The notes under the pieces: generated by a model
Told to the model about the DNA's origin: nothing
The model's database searches: none
What the model saw: the letters and a program-made list of their open reading frames with translations, nothing else
Position numbers and translations under genes: made by a program
Origin: Gemmatimonadaceae bacterium
Lineage (GTDB): Bacteria; Gemmatimonadota; Gemmatimonadetes; Gemmatimonadales; Gemmatimonadaceae
DNA length: 64,000 bases
Direction of reading: 5' to 3'
Assembly: GCA_051859245.1 (NCBI GenBank)
Contig: JBHYGA010000010.1
Location: 1-64,000, forward strand
In this document: positions 1-10,183 of the stretch, piece by piece
Layout: each line of letters begins with the position of its first letter
How positions within the stretch are numbered: position 1 is the stretch's first letter

Positions 1-84
1 GCCGAAAGGCCAAATGGCCGTGGGCTCCCTCCACTGGGCCGAATGACCGAATCAGGAACTGCAACGACAACTGAACAGCACAGA

Positions 85-738
85 TCAGTTCGACGAGAAA
101 CAGTAGTACAGCCCCGCGCCGCCACTGCCGCGCAGATTGTCCTGACTGCAGCCGCGTGATGGATGTGCATTGTTCCACGACGTAGGATTGGCGCCACCGC
201 CAACGCGATCGTGATGGCCAACCAACGCCGCACCGGTTGAGTTGCTGCGCCAGTTGTTACAGGTGGTATCCACCGTATCCGCGACCACACGGCCATCGAG
301 CCCCGAACCGGTCAGCACATCGTGTGTGTTTGGCGTGTCACCACGACCATTCACCATCGCGCCCTTCTCGGTGAGGCTGTTCTCTTTGTTCAGTTTGTTG
401 CTGTCGCTGTGCAGATCGTCCACACTCGTCGCCACCACAATGCCCTTGGCATTCATCCATGGGCCACGGCCAATACGTTCGCGTGCATTCACCGCCGGCA
501 TGCCGTCCTTCGCCGTCTGACTCAAATAGGCGCGCCACACTTTGCCGGTCACACCGGCCGCTTCGGCCAGCGATTGACAGTGCGCGTCGGCGCCAGCAAG
601 CCCGCCGAGATTCGCACCGTCACCTTTGCCAACACTGGTGATGAAAAATCCCATCGACTGCACAGGCGCAGTGTTCACGGGCACCGCTACGGTCGTCGAG
701 ACGAGCAACGCGGCCAGACCAAGTCGAAGTGACATCAT
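85..738 (-). CDS. Secreted lectin-like (endostatin/collagen NC10-like fold) hypothetical protein
   Basis: Signal peptide, then GLAGADAHCQSLA, WRAYLS, TCNNW and C-terminal GLYYCF; paired Cys pattern resembles the bacterial endostatin-like family. Confidence 0.65.
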   Translation of the reverse strand: MMSLRLGLAALLVSTTVAVPVNTAPVQSMGFFITSVGKGDGANLGGLAGADAHCQSLAEAAGVTGKVWRAYLSQTAKDGMPAVNARERIGRGPWMNAKGIVVATSVDDLHSDSNKLNKENSLTEKGAMVNGRGDTPNTHDVLTGSGLDGRVVADTVDTTCNNWRSNSTGAALVGHHDRVGGGANPTSWNNAHPSRGCSQDNLRGSGGAGLYYCFSSN

Positions 739-797
739 GGAAATTCCTGTTTCAGAGAGTAACAGCGAGCGCGAACGGATTGCCGAACAGTACGCGG

Positions 798-1478
798 CTA
801 GTGCGCCGAGTGATTGACGCCGAGCCCGCGCGCAATCATGAGATGATGCGGCGCGTGATGATCACCCATCACCAGCAAGCCGGCCAGTCCCAGCGCACGC
901 AGACGCGCAGCGTAGGCGGTGTTTGCCGGATCCTTGGCGCGCGCGATGAACACCAGGCCACGCTCGTGATGTTCGACCGACGTGCGAATGGGAAACTCCG
1001 ACTCAAGCGCTTGCCCGTGACTGTGCAGCATGCGACGAATCGCTTCGGTCACTTCGCCGTCGCCGGTGACCTCAAGGCGAACCCCACCCTCGACATGGCT
1101 CGCGACCACACGACTCTGCATCAGGACCAGGTCCATATCGCGCAGATGCAGTCGCAACGCTTCAATGTTCACCTTGGTCCAATCGGTGGTTGAATCGGCC
1201 TGCAGCATGCGGACAACTTCCGCGATCGCAGCAAACGCAGCCTGCCCAGACTGTGTGGGTACTGCACCCGTCGGCACCGCTGCCGGCGCGGTCTCATGCG
1301 TCATGCCCGGCGTGTGTTGATGCGCCTGCGCGTGCAACGCAATCGGTGCGCTCACCGCGCATACGAGGGCGCACATCAGCGCAATGCGTATCGGCGCGGT
1401 GCGTGTCGGCGCGGTGCGTGTCGGCGCGGTGCGTGTCGACGCGCCGCACGCAGATGACAACACTTGGTGAACGGGCAT
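798..1478 (-). CDS. Secreted His/Met-rich hypothetical protein, possibly metal-binding
   Basis: Signal peptide ending ALHA-QAHQHTPGMTH; GQAAFAAIAEVV...DWTKVNIEALRLHLRDMD; C-terminal HHAPHHLMIARG. Start placed at ATG 1478 (uncertain). Confidence 0.65.
   Translation of the reverse strand: MPVHQVLSSACGASTRTAPTRTAPTRTAPIRIALMCALVCAVSAPIALHAQAHQHTPGMTHETAPAAVPTGAVPTQSGQAAFAAIAEVVRMLQADSTTDWTKVNIEALRLHLRDMDLVLMQSRVVASHVEGGVRLEVTGDGEVTEAIRRMLHSHGQALESEFPIRTSVEHHERGLVFIARAKDPANTAYAARLRALGLAGLLVMGDHHAPHHLMIARGLGVNHSAH
1385..1444. repeat. 15-bp tandem repeat TGCGTGTCGGCGCGG, about 4 copies (encodes TRTAP repeats on the minus strand)
   Basis: Read directly: two exact copies at 1400-1429 flanked by two degenerate copies. 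Confidence 0.9.
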
Positions 1479-1622
1479 CGGGACAACCTCTGGGAGCCGT
1501 GGATTGTACGAGCGGCCATGCATCGGCCGACTGCTGAAGACTACCCCTCATGTCAGAGGACAGCAATTGCGTCGCCCGGTTCACGCCGGGAACAGGCGGC
1601 GGCGGTGGTCGATTCATGGCGC

Positions 1623-2375
1623 ATGTCCAACGAATTGAACTCTGAGCTTCCTCCCGCCTTTCTGCTGCTCGGCGGCGCGGGCGGCATTGGTGCGGCGACC
1701 GCGCGCCGACTGGTGCACTCCGGCGCGCGCGTGTTCCTTGCGGGTCGCCGCGAAGAACCGCTGGCCGCGCTCGGCGAGGAGCTTGGTGCGCCATATCTGG
1801 TGACTGATCTCACCAGCTTCGACGCTGTTGACGCTGCGTTCACCAGCGCCATCACCGCCGTCGGACCACTCAGCGGCGTGGCGAACCTTGTGGGCTCCAT
1901 CATTCTCAAGCCTGCGCACCTCACGCGAGAAGACGAATACCACACAACGATCGCGCAGAATCTCACCAGCGCGTTCGCCTGCGTGCGGTCGGCTGCACGA
2001 CACATGCCCACCGGTGGCAGCGTGGTGCTGGTCGCAACGGCGGCGGCGCGACACGGTTTGGCGAATCACGAAGCCATCGCCGCGGCGAAAGGCGGCGTCA
2101 TTGCGCTCACGCGCAGTGCGGCCGCGACGTACAGTGCGAAGGGGCTGCGCGTGAATGTGGTCGCACCCGGATTAGTGCGCACGCCCATGGCATCACGGAT
2201 CACCGCCAATGCGGCCGCGGAGCAGGCATCAGCATCAATGCACGCACTCGGACGCATTGGCGAGCCCGATGACGTAGCACCCGCGATTGTCTGGCTGCTG
2301 GGCCGTGATGCGGCCTGGGTGACTGGGCAGGAGATCGGAGTGGACGGCGGATTGGCCACCGTCCGCTCACGGTAA
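1623..2375 (+). CDS. SDR family oxidoreductase
   Basis: GGAGGIG Rossmann motif, RVNVVAPGLVRT, WVTGQEIGVDGG; active-site segment HEAIAAAK. Confidence 0.9.
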   Translation: MSNELNSELPPAFLLLGGAGGIGAATARRLVHSGARVFLAGRREEPLAALGEELGAPYLVTDLTSFDAVDAAFTSAITAVGPLSGVANLVGSIILKPAHLTREDEYHTTIAQNLTSAFACVRSAARHMPTGGSVVLVATAAARHGLANHEAIAAAKGGVIALTRSAAATYSAKGLRVNVVAPGLVRTPMASRITANAAAEQASASMHALGRIGEPDDVAPAIVWLLGRDAAWVTGQEIGVDGGLATVRSR

Positions 2376-2380
2376 ACCCG

Positions 2381-5299
2381 TTACACCGGCTTCAATCGCG
2401 AAAGGCGTGAGCGTACCTGCTCAACCTGCGGTTGCAGTTCCCGGTCAGCGCGGGCATACAGATCAAGGAAGCGCACGTAGTAACTCGCGGCCTGCTCTTT
2501 CTGCCCACGCTGCTCGTGTATCTCGCCAAGTCGCTTGAGCGCTGGTCCAAAGAGAAAAACATCTTCTTCGAGCTGCGACCAGCGGAACTGCTGCACAAAC
2601 GCGCCGTAACGTACCAGTGCGGAATCTGTGTCACCCGCCATGTCGTACACGCGCGCCTGCTCGCCATCGAGACAGTGCTGACAACGCTGGAAGCCGGGGA
2701 AATCGCGCACCATGGCGACGGCACGCGTGTAGTCTCGTGACTGCAGCGCGATTTCGGCTTCGGTAATTGCAATCGCCACACTATCCGCGCCTCCGTTGCC
2801 CGCGGCTTGACGACGGTAGTCGCGCAACAACTCGCGCGCGCGCTCCGTTCGTCCTGAGAGCGCGTACGCGCGCGACAGCATCAGCAGCGGCGCGTATCCG
2901 CCGGCAGCACTGTCACTGTTCGAGGCGAGACGCGCCCGAACAGCGTCAAGCTGGCGAACCGCGCCTGACGCGTCACCAAGAAACCACGCGCGCGTAATCG
3001 CGCGACGCGTTTCAACGGCCATTGCCGTGCGAGGTTCCACGTCCGGATCAGCGCGCATGTACGCCAGAATTGTGGAGTCCGCCGCGGCCAATCTCCCACG
3101 CATCAGAAACAACGCCGACAACGAACCGTCGGCCATGCGCCGTACGCCAAGATCATTGTCGCCAATTCGACGAAGCTCAAGCAGCGAGCGTTCGGTGCCA
3201 TCGAGATCACCAAGCGCGTACGAAACGCTCGCCGATGCCGTGTGCGCCATCGGATGCGATGGGAAGCGCGCCAGGAACTGATCCGCGGTTTTGCGCGCGT
3301 CCACAAGCTTGCCTTGCGCCGCTTGTGCCTCGACCAGATTGCTCATTTGCAGTGCGCTCGCGGATCCATCCACCGCACGACGGAGCAGCACCTCTGCACG
3401 TGCGTAATCGCCGCGATCCATGTGCAGGATCGCGAGATTGTTCAGCGCACGTTTATCTGTCGAGTCCAGCGCAATCACGGCATCGTACGCGGCCATCGCC
3501 CGCCGTTCATCTCGCTGCGGACCGGGCGCAGAGTACCAGCTGCCTTCGAGCAAATGTGCTTCCACCGGAGTGAGGCGGTCGCGGTGCTGCATGGCCCGCG
3601 CCAGCAATTCGCGCGCGCGCTCCGGTTGCTGCCCTCGGTTTGAAAGCGCCGCTGACAACTTGCGCATGGCCATGGCAAAGTTCGGATCCAGCGCGACCGC
3701 TTCTTCGAGCAAGCGATAGCCGCGCGGATAGTCTCCCTGCACATCAATCGCCGCAACCGCTTGCGTGTAGCGGCGGAGTGCTTCGAGCGATGGTGTCGTG
3801 ACGCGATCAAGCGGTGGCGCCGCGCTCAACGAACGCAAAGACTCGCCAAGCGTTCGACGCAGCCCCTTGGACAACTTGTCAATCGCACCGATCACCGCGC
3901 TCGAATCGGATGCGGATTCGCGTACCGCCGCGAGCACAAAGCCGCTGTCTGCGCTGATCAAACGCGCCGTGAGCTGAAAGCCTCGACCCACCGGAACGAC
4001 GTCACCCACCACGTACGCCGGAATGCCTTCGCGCAGTGCGACTTCTCGCGCCAGCGACGAATCTACCGCAGCTGTGGGCTCGCGTTGCATGCGCTCGAGC
4101 GCGTCACGAACGGCCACCGGTTGCACAACACGCACCAGGGTGGATTGCGTGAGATCGGTGCGCAGCGCATCACTGACGACCGCGCCGAGTCCGCTTCCGG
4201 CATCTGCAAAATTGGCGACCAGCACTTCGTCACGTTCACGCAGCGTGGTGCCGTCAACAATACCGCGAGAGAATCCGTCACGTACAAACGATCCGAGCGC
4301 CGCGATCGCCACAAACGCGACCGCCACTTCGGCGAATATGCGCCAGCGCGGTCGCTGCTTGGTCACCGGCGAAACGGCCGGCGTGGCTCGCACAACGCGC
4401 GACCCACCGTGTGATGGAGTGCGCAGCACCAGATCGGTATTCACATCGGTGAGCGCCTGCGCCAACTCGGCCGCGGTCGCATATCGATCATCGGGCAACT
4501 TGGCCAGGCACTTTTCGATTACTGCGTACAGCGACTCCGGTACGTGCGCTTCGCGCTCCAGCGGTTCTGGCTGCTTTGAGACCTGCGCCGCCAGTACACT
4601 TGCCGGCGACATGCCCGAAAAGAGCGGCGCGCCGCGCAACATTTCGTAGCCCAGTGCACCAACCGCATAGATATCCATGCGGTGATCGGCGTTGGGATCG
4701 GCGGCCGCCTGCTCAGGCGCCATATACGACGGTGTGCCCAGCGCGATTCCCTGCGAGGTAAGCGTCTGATTGCCCACGTGCGGCGCGGGCAGATCGGCAT
4801 CCCGCGCGCTCGTGATGGCCTTGGCCACACCAAAGTCCACCACCAACGCATGCGCGCCATTGACCAGCAGCACGTTGTCCGGCTTGATGTCGCGGTGCAC
4901 AACACCGCGGCTATGCGCATACGCCAGCGCTTCCGCGACGTCATGCAAAATGCGAACGACATCCGCGACAGCCGGTCGCTCCTCGCGCTTGAAGACCTCG
5001 CGCAACGACTCGCCGTCGACCATGGGCATGGTGTAGTACAGCGCGCCCCCGGCATCACCAGCGGCAAGCAGCGGCACAATGTGCGGGTGTTGCAGCGACG
5101 CCGCCATTTGGATCTCGCGGCGGAAGCGTTCCTGACTCACCCCTTGTGACAACTCAGGCGGCAGCACCTTTACCGCCACCGGCCGACCAAGCGCGAGCTC
5201 GGTGGCCAGGAAGACACGGCTCATGCCGCCGCCACCAAGTTCACGCTCGATGCGGTAGGCTGGGCCGAGGTCGATGGGGAGTGTAAAGGCGCGGGGCAT
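2381..5299 (-). CDS. Membrane Ser/Thr protein kinase with TPR-rich C-terminal region
   Basis: GGGGMS loop, VAVK, HRDIKPDN, DFG, GTPSYMAPE; one TM helix; TPR-like helical repeats; SD-like GGGA before ATG 5299. Confidence 0.92.
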   Translation of the reverse strand: MPRAFTLPIDLGPAYRIERELGGGGMSRVFLATELALGRPVAVKVLPPELSQGVSQERFRREIQMAASLQHPHIVPLLAAGDAGGALYYTMPMVDGESLREVFKREERPAVADVVRILHDVAEALAYAHSRGVVHRDIKPDNVLLVNGAHALVVDFGVAKAITSARDADLPAPHVGNQTLTSQGIALGTPSYMAPEQAAADPNADHRMDIYAVGALGYEMLRGAPLFSGMSPASVLAAQVSKQPEPLEREAHVPESLYAVIEKCLAKLPDDRYATAAELAQALTDVNTDLVLRTPSHGGSRVVRATPAVSPVTKQRPRWRIFAEVAVAFVAIAALGSFVRDGFSRGIVDGTTLRERDEVLVANFADAGSGLGAVVSDALRTDLTQSTLVRVVQPVAVRDALERMQREPTAAVDSSLAREVALREGIPAYVVGDVVPVGRGFQLTARLISADSGFVLAAVRESASDSSAVIGAIDKLSKGLRRTLGESLRSLSAAPPLDRVTTPSLEALRRYTQAVAAIDVQGDYPRGYRLLEEAVALDPNFAMAMRKLSAALSNRGQQPERARELLARAMQHRDRLTPVEAHLLEGSWYSAPGPQRDERRAMAAYDAVIALDSTDKRALNNLAILHMDRGDYARAEVLLRRAVDGSASALQMSNLVEAQAAQGKLVDARKTADQFLARFPSHPMAHTASASVSYALGDLDGTERSLLELRRIGDNDLGVRRMADGSLSALFLMRGRLAAADSTILAYMRADPDVEPRTAMAVETRRAITRAWFLGDASGAVRQLDAVRARLASNSDSAAGGYAPLLMLSRAYALSGRTERARELLRDYRRQAAGNGGADSVAIAITEAEIALQSRDYTRAVAMVRDFPGFQRCQHCLDGEQARVYDMAGDTDSALVRYGAFVQQFRWSQLEEDVFLFGPALKRLGEIHEQRGQKEQAASYYVRFLDLYARADRELQPQVEQVRSRLSRLKPV

Positions 5300-5429
5300 C
5301 GGGGTCCCTACGCGGCAGGGACGGCGGAGTTCCGGATCGGGATGAAACGGTGTTTCCGCAGGGAGTGTCGTTACATCAGACACCCGCTCCACGGATTCCG
5401 TTGCTATCCTGCACAATCACACAACCGGC

Positions 5430-6365
5430 CTATCGGTTCAAGCTCGCCGTGAGAAAGCTCTGCACGTCGGCTTCACTCATCTGGCGCCAGCCAGGCGTGA
5501 CGTTGTCGAGTTTTCCTGATTTCATCCACGCCTCGAGCTGCCCGACCAGGTCGTAGAGATGGTCGAAGTCGTTCACGATGAACAGCAGCGGCTGATAGTG
5601 GTCGATTTCAAAGTGCTGGTTGATCACCCACTCGAGCTGCAGCGGATACCGCTGTACTGAGGGATCTTCGACACTATGCACGATTTCCCCATACGATGAC
5701 AGCAGACCCGAACCGTACACCTTGAGTTCGTCGGGAGTGCTGCCGCGCATAAGCCCGAACTCCACCGTGAACCAGAAGAACCGCTGCAGCGCGTTCTGAA
5801 TACTGCTCAGACGTCGATGCTGCTCCGCGGGGTCGCTCACTCGACTGACCATCTCCGCGGCCAGGTGCGCGCAGGCACCGAACCGAACGAGCGTCTCCGC
5901 GAACGCCGGGTCCGTGTGCATGGGCACATGGCCGGCGATATCGTGAAAAATGTCTGGCTCGGGCAGGTAGTCGAGAGACGAACCATCACGAATGGTGATC
6001 GTGGTGGGAAACTCACGCCGGCTCAGGCAATCGAAAAAGTTGAAGGCCGGCACAAATCCGCTGACCGCCTTTGCACGAAAGCCGGTGCGTGGCGCCATGA
6101 ACTTGTTCACGTCTTCCAGACGCGGAACATGCGTGGGCTCAAAACAGAGCGTCGCCAGACCATCGAGAAACCGCGGATTGGCGTAGCGGGTCCAGCGATC
6201 TTGCATGCGCGCGTACAGGCGCTGCCAGGCATCGTGATTGTCAGCCGAATACAGCTCATATGGCTGCTCGATGTACATCTCGCCGTTTGCTACGGCGTTC
6301 TCGATGTACGGGGCCTTGGTCGTGGTAAGCCCCTGTCCGGCAAGTAACGTTTGTGCAACAGCCAT
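5430..6365 (-). CDS. phhA: Phenylalanine 4-monooxygenase (aromatic amino acid hydroxylase)
   Basis: DYLPEPDIFHDIAGHVP iron-binding motif, FWFTVEFGL, YGSGLLSSYGE, DHYQPLLF. Confidence 0.92.
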   Translation of the reverse strand: MAVAQTLLAGQGLTTTKAPYIENAVANGEMYIEQPYELYSADNHDAWQRLYARMQDRWTRYANPRFLDGLATLCFEPTHVPRLEDVNKFMAPRTGFRAKAVSGFVPAFNFFDCLSRREFPTTITIRDGSSLDYLPEPDIFHDIAGHVPMHTDPAFAETLVRFGACAHLAAEMVSRVSDPAEQHRRLSSIQNALQRFFWFTVEFGLMRGSTPDELKVYGSGLLSSYGEIVHSVEDPSVQRYPLQLEWVINQHFEIDHYQPLLFIVNDFDHLYDLVGQLEAWMKSGKLDNVTPGWRQMSEADVQSFLTASLNR

Positions 6366-6434
6366 TCAAACTGCCTCTTCATCGGGTGCAACGATCATGG
6401 CGACTGCGTACTCAAGCCGAACGCATCGACGATG

Positions 6435-8714
6435 TCAACGCGCCAGTTGCTGCAGTTGTGCCGTGAGTTGCTCCAATCGCACAGGCTTTTGCAGCACGGC
6501 CCACGCTCCCGGCAGTGCTGTTTCCCCCGGATCACCCGTGACAATCATGACCGGCAACTCGGGCCAGTTGTGCACCACGCGTTCAAGTACGGCGCGTCCA
6601 CCGAGCCCCGGCATCGAGAGATCAAGGATCAACAGGTCGATGCGCGGGGCGCGGCCTTCGCTGATCTCCGCGAGATGTGCCAATGCCGAGGCACCGTCGG
6701 GCGCCTCATCAACAACAGCGCCCACCATGCGAAGCTGGCGCGTAATCGCCTTGCGAACGAGCGGTTCGTCATCCACCACCAGAATACGGAGCACGGGCAA
6801 CGCGTTGTGCGGTTGAAGCGGAGTAGTTTGTGCGGGCACGGGACCGTCCACTGCAGGTAGGTCAACGCGAATGGTTGATCCCACATCGACCGTGGATTCG
6901 ACGATCCATCGGCCGTGGGATTCACGGATGGTGGCAAACGCGGAAGCAAGACCGAGGCCGGTGCCACGACCCGCGCCTTTCGTGGTAAAGAACGGTTCAC
7001 CCACGCGCCGACGCACATCGTCGTTCATGCCAACGCCATTGTCGTGCACTTCAAAGGTGACATACCCGTCGTTCACATAGAGTCTCGCCGTCACGCGCGG
7101 TTCAACGCGCCCCTGCACCGCGTCACGCGCGTTCAGCAGGAGGTTGAGCAGTACCTGCTGCACCGGACCGGCGGTGCCGCGAACGAACGCGTGTGGTACG
7201 TCGATTGACGCATCCACCATAATGGCGCGATCAAAGGTGCGACGGCACATGCCCACCGCTTCACGAACCAGCGGGACAAGATCGACGGAGTCCGCGGCCA
7301 TATCGGTAAACGTGCCGCGTCTGCCGAAGGCGAGCATTTGTCGCACCAAATCCGCAGCGTTCCGCGCGGCGACGCCCGCCTCATCCAGTAGCTCGCGTGT
7401 TTCATCGACCGTTTGCGCCGCCGCGAGCTCAACATTTGGCAAAATAACCGCGAGCAAGTTGTTGAAGTTATGCGCAACGCCTGCCGCAAGATCGCCCAGC
7501 ACTTCGCGTCGCTGCGTAGTGCGCAGACCATCGGCCAGTGCGTGCGCTTCAGTGACATCAAGCAGCACGCCGGTATACAGCTGCCCTGCGCCCGCGTCGG
7601 ATGGCACCACATGCGCGCGCACCCACCGCGTCTCACCGGACGGTCGCGTAATCATGAACTCGCGATCGAATGGCGCTGCGTTCTGTCCTTCCAGTGCGCG
7701 CGTTGTCAGGAGTGATTGCAGCATGCGCGTGCGTTCTTCCTGATCGATCACAGAACGCATCAACTCGGGCTCTGCCTGCAGTCGTTCCTGCGTGACGCCA
7801 AGCAACTCATGTATACGTCCGCCAACGAATGGAACGTGGATGGTGTTTGTCTCCGTCACTTCCACCTGAAATACAACGCCCGGCAGCGCATCGAGCACGC
7901 GCTTGAGATTCGCACGACTCGACTCAAGCTCGAGTCTGACTTCGCGCTCGGCGGTCACATCGGCGAAGGTCGCGACCACACCTTCCAGTGTTTCGTCAGC
8001 CGGGTTGCGCAGCGGGTCGGTGCTCACGCTAAGCCACGCCCGCTCGCCATTGGGTCGATGCACGCCAAGCAACACATTCTGGCACGGTTGCCCGGTGACG
8101 CGCGTAATTTCTGACGGGATTTCGTGATTCGCGATGGGCGTACCATCCGGTTTTTCCAATCGCCAGCGCGGGTCGAGTGGCGACCGGCCCGTCATCTGTT
8201 CGAGCGACATGCCGAGCACCACTTCCGCCGACGCGTTGCACTCGCGAATCGAACCATCGGCGTTGTGCAGCACGACACCTTCCGACATGGCGCGAATCAC
8301 CGAGCGATACGTTGCTTCGGATTGTTGCAACGCACGTTGCGCCACCGTGACATCGGTGAACGTGACCACCACTTGTTGCAGCGTCCCCTGCGCATCACGT
8401 ATCGGTTGCGCAGAAATAAGCAGCCAGATGCGCTCGGGGCGCTCGCCGCGCACGACGCCGAGCACAACGTCGCGCGCCGCCTGACCTGTCGCCAAGACCT
8501 GCATGACAGGATGCTGATCCCCTGGAACGGTACGCCCGTCTACATCGATCGCGCTCCATTGATCGTCGAGCGCCGTCATGCCAATCAGTTGACTCGACGG
8601 TACGCCGAGCAAGTCCTGAGCGTGCTGATTGGAAAAAACGATGCGTCCCACCGGATCGTGCACCACAACGGCAACATCCATCGCCTGCAACCAGTCCATG
8701 CTCTGCACGTCCAT
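6435..8714 (-). CDS. Cytoplasmic hybrid histidine kinase with three PAS domains and a receiver domain
   Basis: PAS repeats; H-box AGVAHNFNNLL; NLLLNARDA; EPFFTTK..GRGTGLGL; receiver LVVDDE...LDLSMP...KP. Start is ATG 8714 or GTG 8741. Confidence 0.9.
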   Translation of the reverse strand: MDVQSMDWLQAMDVAVVVHDPVGRIVFSNQHAQDLLGVPSSQLIGMTALDDQWSAIDVDGRTVPGDQHPVMQVLATGQAARDVVLGVVRGERPERIWLLISAQPIRDAQGTLQQVVVTFTDVTVAQRALQQSEATYRSVIRAMSEGVVLHNADGSIRECNASAEVVLGMSLEQMTGRSPLDPRWRLEKPDGTPIANHEIPSEITRVTGQPCQNVLLGVHRPNGERAWLSVSTDPLRNPADETLEGVVATFADVTAEREVRLELESSRANLKRVLDALPGVVFQVEVTETNTIHVPFVGGRIHELLGVTQERLQAEPELMRSVIDQEERTRMLQSLLTTRALEGQNAAPFDREFMITRPSGETRWVRAHVVPSDAGAGQLYTGVLLDVTEAHALADGLRTTQRREVLGDLAAGVAHNFNNLLAVILPNVELAAAQTVDETRELLDEAGVAARNAADLVRQMLAFGRRGTFTDMAADSVDLVPLVREAVGMCRRTFDRAIMVDASIDVPHAFVRGTAGPVQQVLLNLLLNARDAVQGRVEPRVTARLYVNDGYVTFEVHDNGVGMNDDVRRRVGEPFFTTKGAGRGTGLGLASAFATIRESHGRWIVESTVDVGSTIRVDLPAVDGPVPAQTTPLQPHNALPVLRILVVDDEPLVRKAITRQLRMVGAVVDEAPDGASALAHLAEISEGRAPRIDLLILDLSMPGLGGRAVLERVVHNWPELPVMIVTGDPGETALPGAWAVLQKPVRLEQLTAQLQQLAR

Positions 8715-8809
8715 GCCGGATCCTTGACGTCGAGTTTCCACGAAGTTCAGCGAGCTCTAGCGCAGGAGGTAAAGTGCAGCGGAAATGCGTTTTGGGGGAG
8801 TACGGTCGC

Positions 8810-9787
8810 CTATCGTCCCGAGGCCGGCGCGCTGGACAACTCGTCGCGCAACTTGGCGTAACTCTCCCAGCGCGCCTTGCTCACTGCGCCCGCGTTGACG
8901 GCGTCGCGCACGGCACATCCCGGTTCAACCAGGTGGGTACAATCAGCAAAGCGACAGCTGTCGAGGTATGGCAGCAGCTCCGGAAAGCAGGCGGCAACTT
9001 CCCGCATGGAGATGCCCCAAAGTCCCACCTCGCGAAGGCCAGGCGTGTCTGCCACAAAGCCGCCACCGGGCAGCGGATACAACAGTGCGCCGACGGTGGT
9101 ATGTCGCCCCTTGTTCACGCTTTCGCTGATCGCGCCCACGCGGAGGTTGAGCCCGGGGAACAGTGCATTCATCAAAGACGACTTACCCACACCGGACGGG
9201 CCGGACAACGCCGAGACCCGACCCTGCACCGTCTCTCGAAGCGCCTCAAGGCCATGCCCGGAGACAACACTCGTGTAGTGCACGGGATAGCCGGCCTTTT
9301 CGTAGTCACCAAAGATCTTGCGCGCACCCGCTTCGGCCACGAGATCGCACTTATTCACCACAATCCGGGCACTCAGATTGTTCGATTCCGCAATCACAAG
9401 AAAGCGGTCGAGCATGCGCGGGTGTGGCTCAGGATTCGCCGCGGCGAAGACCACCACGACCTGGTCAATATTGGCAACGACGACCCGCTCACCAATCGCA
9501 CGTCCAGGCGCTCGCCGGGCCAGTTTGGACCGACGCGGATGAATGGCTGAGATCGACCACGACGCACCGCTGGCATCCGGCTCGACATCCACGTCGTCGC
9601 CAACCGCCAGCTTGAGTGACATCTCCGGCGCACGCGACGCGTGACCAAGTGAGACGCGCGGTGTGCTGCCTTGTTCTTCCTGCTTTTTCAGCCGACCACG
9701 AAGTGACGCGTCGACACTTTCGCCGCTGGCGAGCAATACGCGCCACACACCGCCGGTACCGGAGAGAACCGTTCCTTGCGTGGTCAT
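8810..9787 (-). CDS. rsgA: Ribosome small subunit-dependent GTPase A
   Basis: NKCD, GPSGVGKSS, GRHTT, DTPG and Zn motif CRFADCTHLVEPGC. Confidence 0.95.
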   Translation of the reverse strand: MTTQGTVLSGTGGVWRVLLASGESVDASLRGRLKKQEEQGSTPRVSLGHASRAPEMSLKLAVGDDVDVEPDASGASWSISAIHPRRSKLARRAPGRAIGERVVVANIDQVVVVFAAANPEPHPRMLDRFLVIAESNNLSARIVVNKCDLVAEAGARKIFGDYEKAGYPVHYTSVVSGHGLEALRETVQGRVSALSGPSGVGKSSLMNALFPGLNLRVGAISESVNKGRHTTVGALLYPLPGGGFVADTPGLREVGLWGISMREVAACFPELLPYLDSCRFADCTHLVEPGCAVRDAVNAGAVSKARWESYAKLRDELSSAPASGR

Positions 9788-10176
9788 CACGGAGTGTCCG
9801 TCGCGTCAGCATTGGGTGTCGAACGATCGCGCTCAGCGCGAATCAATCCGTCCAGCGTGGCCTTCACCACCAGTAGTGACATCTCACCGACGGCCCGACG
9901 CACTGCCTCTTCACTGTGTCCGCGCACCAGAAACGGCGTCTCAAGATGGCCGGTCGCTTCCGGTTCACCACGACTCCAGCGCAAGAAAAACAGATACGCC
10001 CCCCACGGCGCGTCGTCATCATCGGTGGTGTCCGTGAGCACATCGGCGGAATACGACGCGCCATCAATGCCCTCGAACGCCGCAGGCCGCGCGTGCACGG
10101 CCATGTACCCGCCGAGTGTGCGCTCGTCTCCTGCCTCATGATCCGGAGGCAGATGCTGGCCGCTGTGCGCGATCAG
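9787..10176 (-). CDS. Small hypothetical protein coupled to rsgA; start uncertain (ATG 10104 or near-cognate CTG 10176 / ATC 10173)
   Basis: Stop overlaps the rsgA start; frame stays open to 10200; SD GAGGA at 10185-10181. Confidence 0.65.
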   Translation of the reverse strand: MIAHSGQHLPPDHEAGDERTLGGYMAVHARPAAFEGIDGASYSADVLTDTTDDDDAPWGAYLFFLRWSRGEPEATGHLETPFLVRGHSEEAVRRAVGEMSLLVVKATLDGLIRAERDRSTPNADATDTP

Positions 10177-10183
10177 AGCATCC

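Noticed and set aside
1385..1444. Possible CRISPR array
   Set aside because: Contiguous 15-bp units with no spacers and no cas genes
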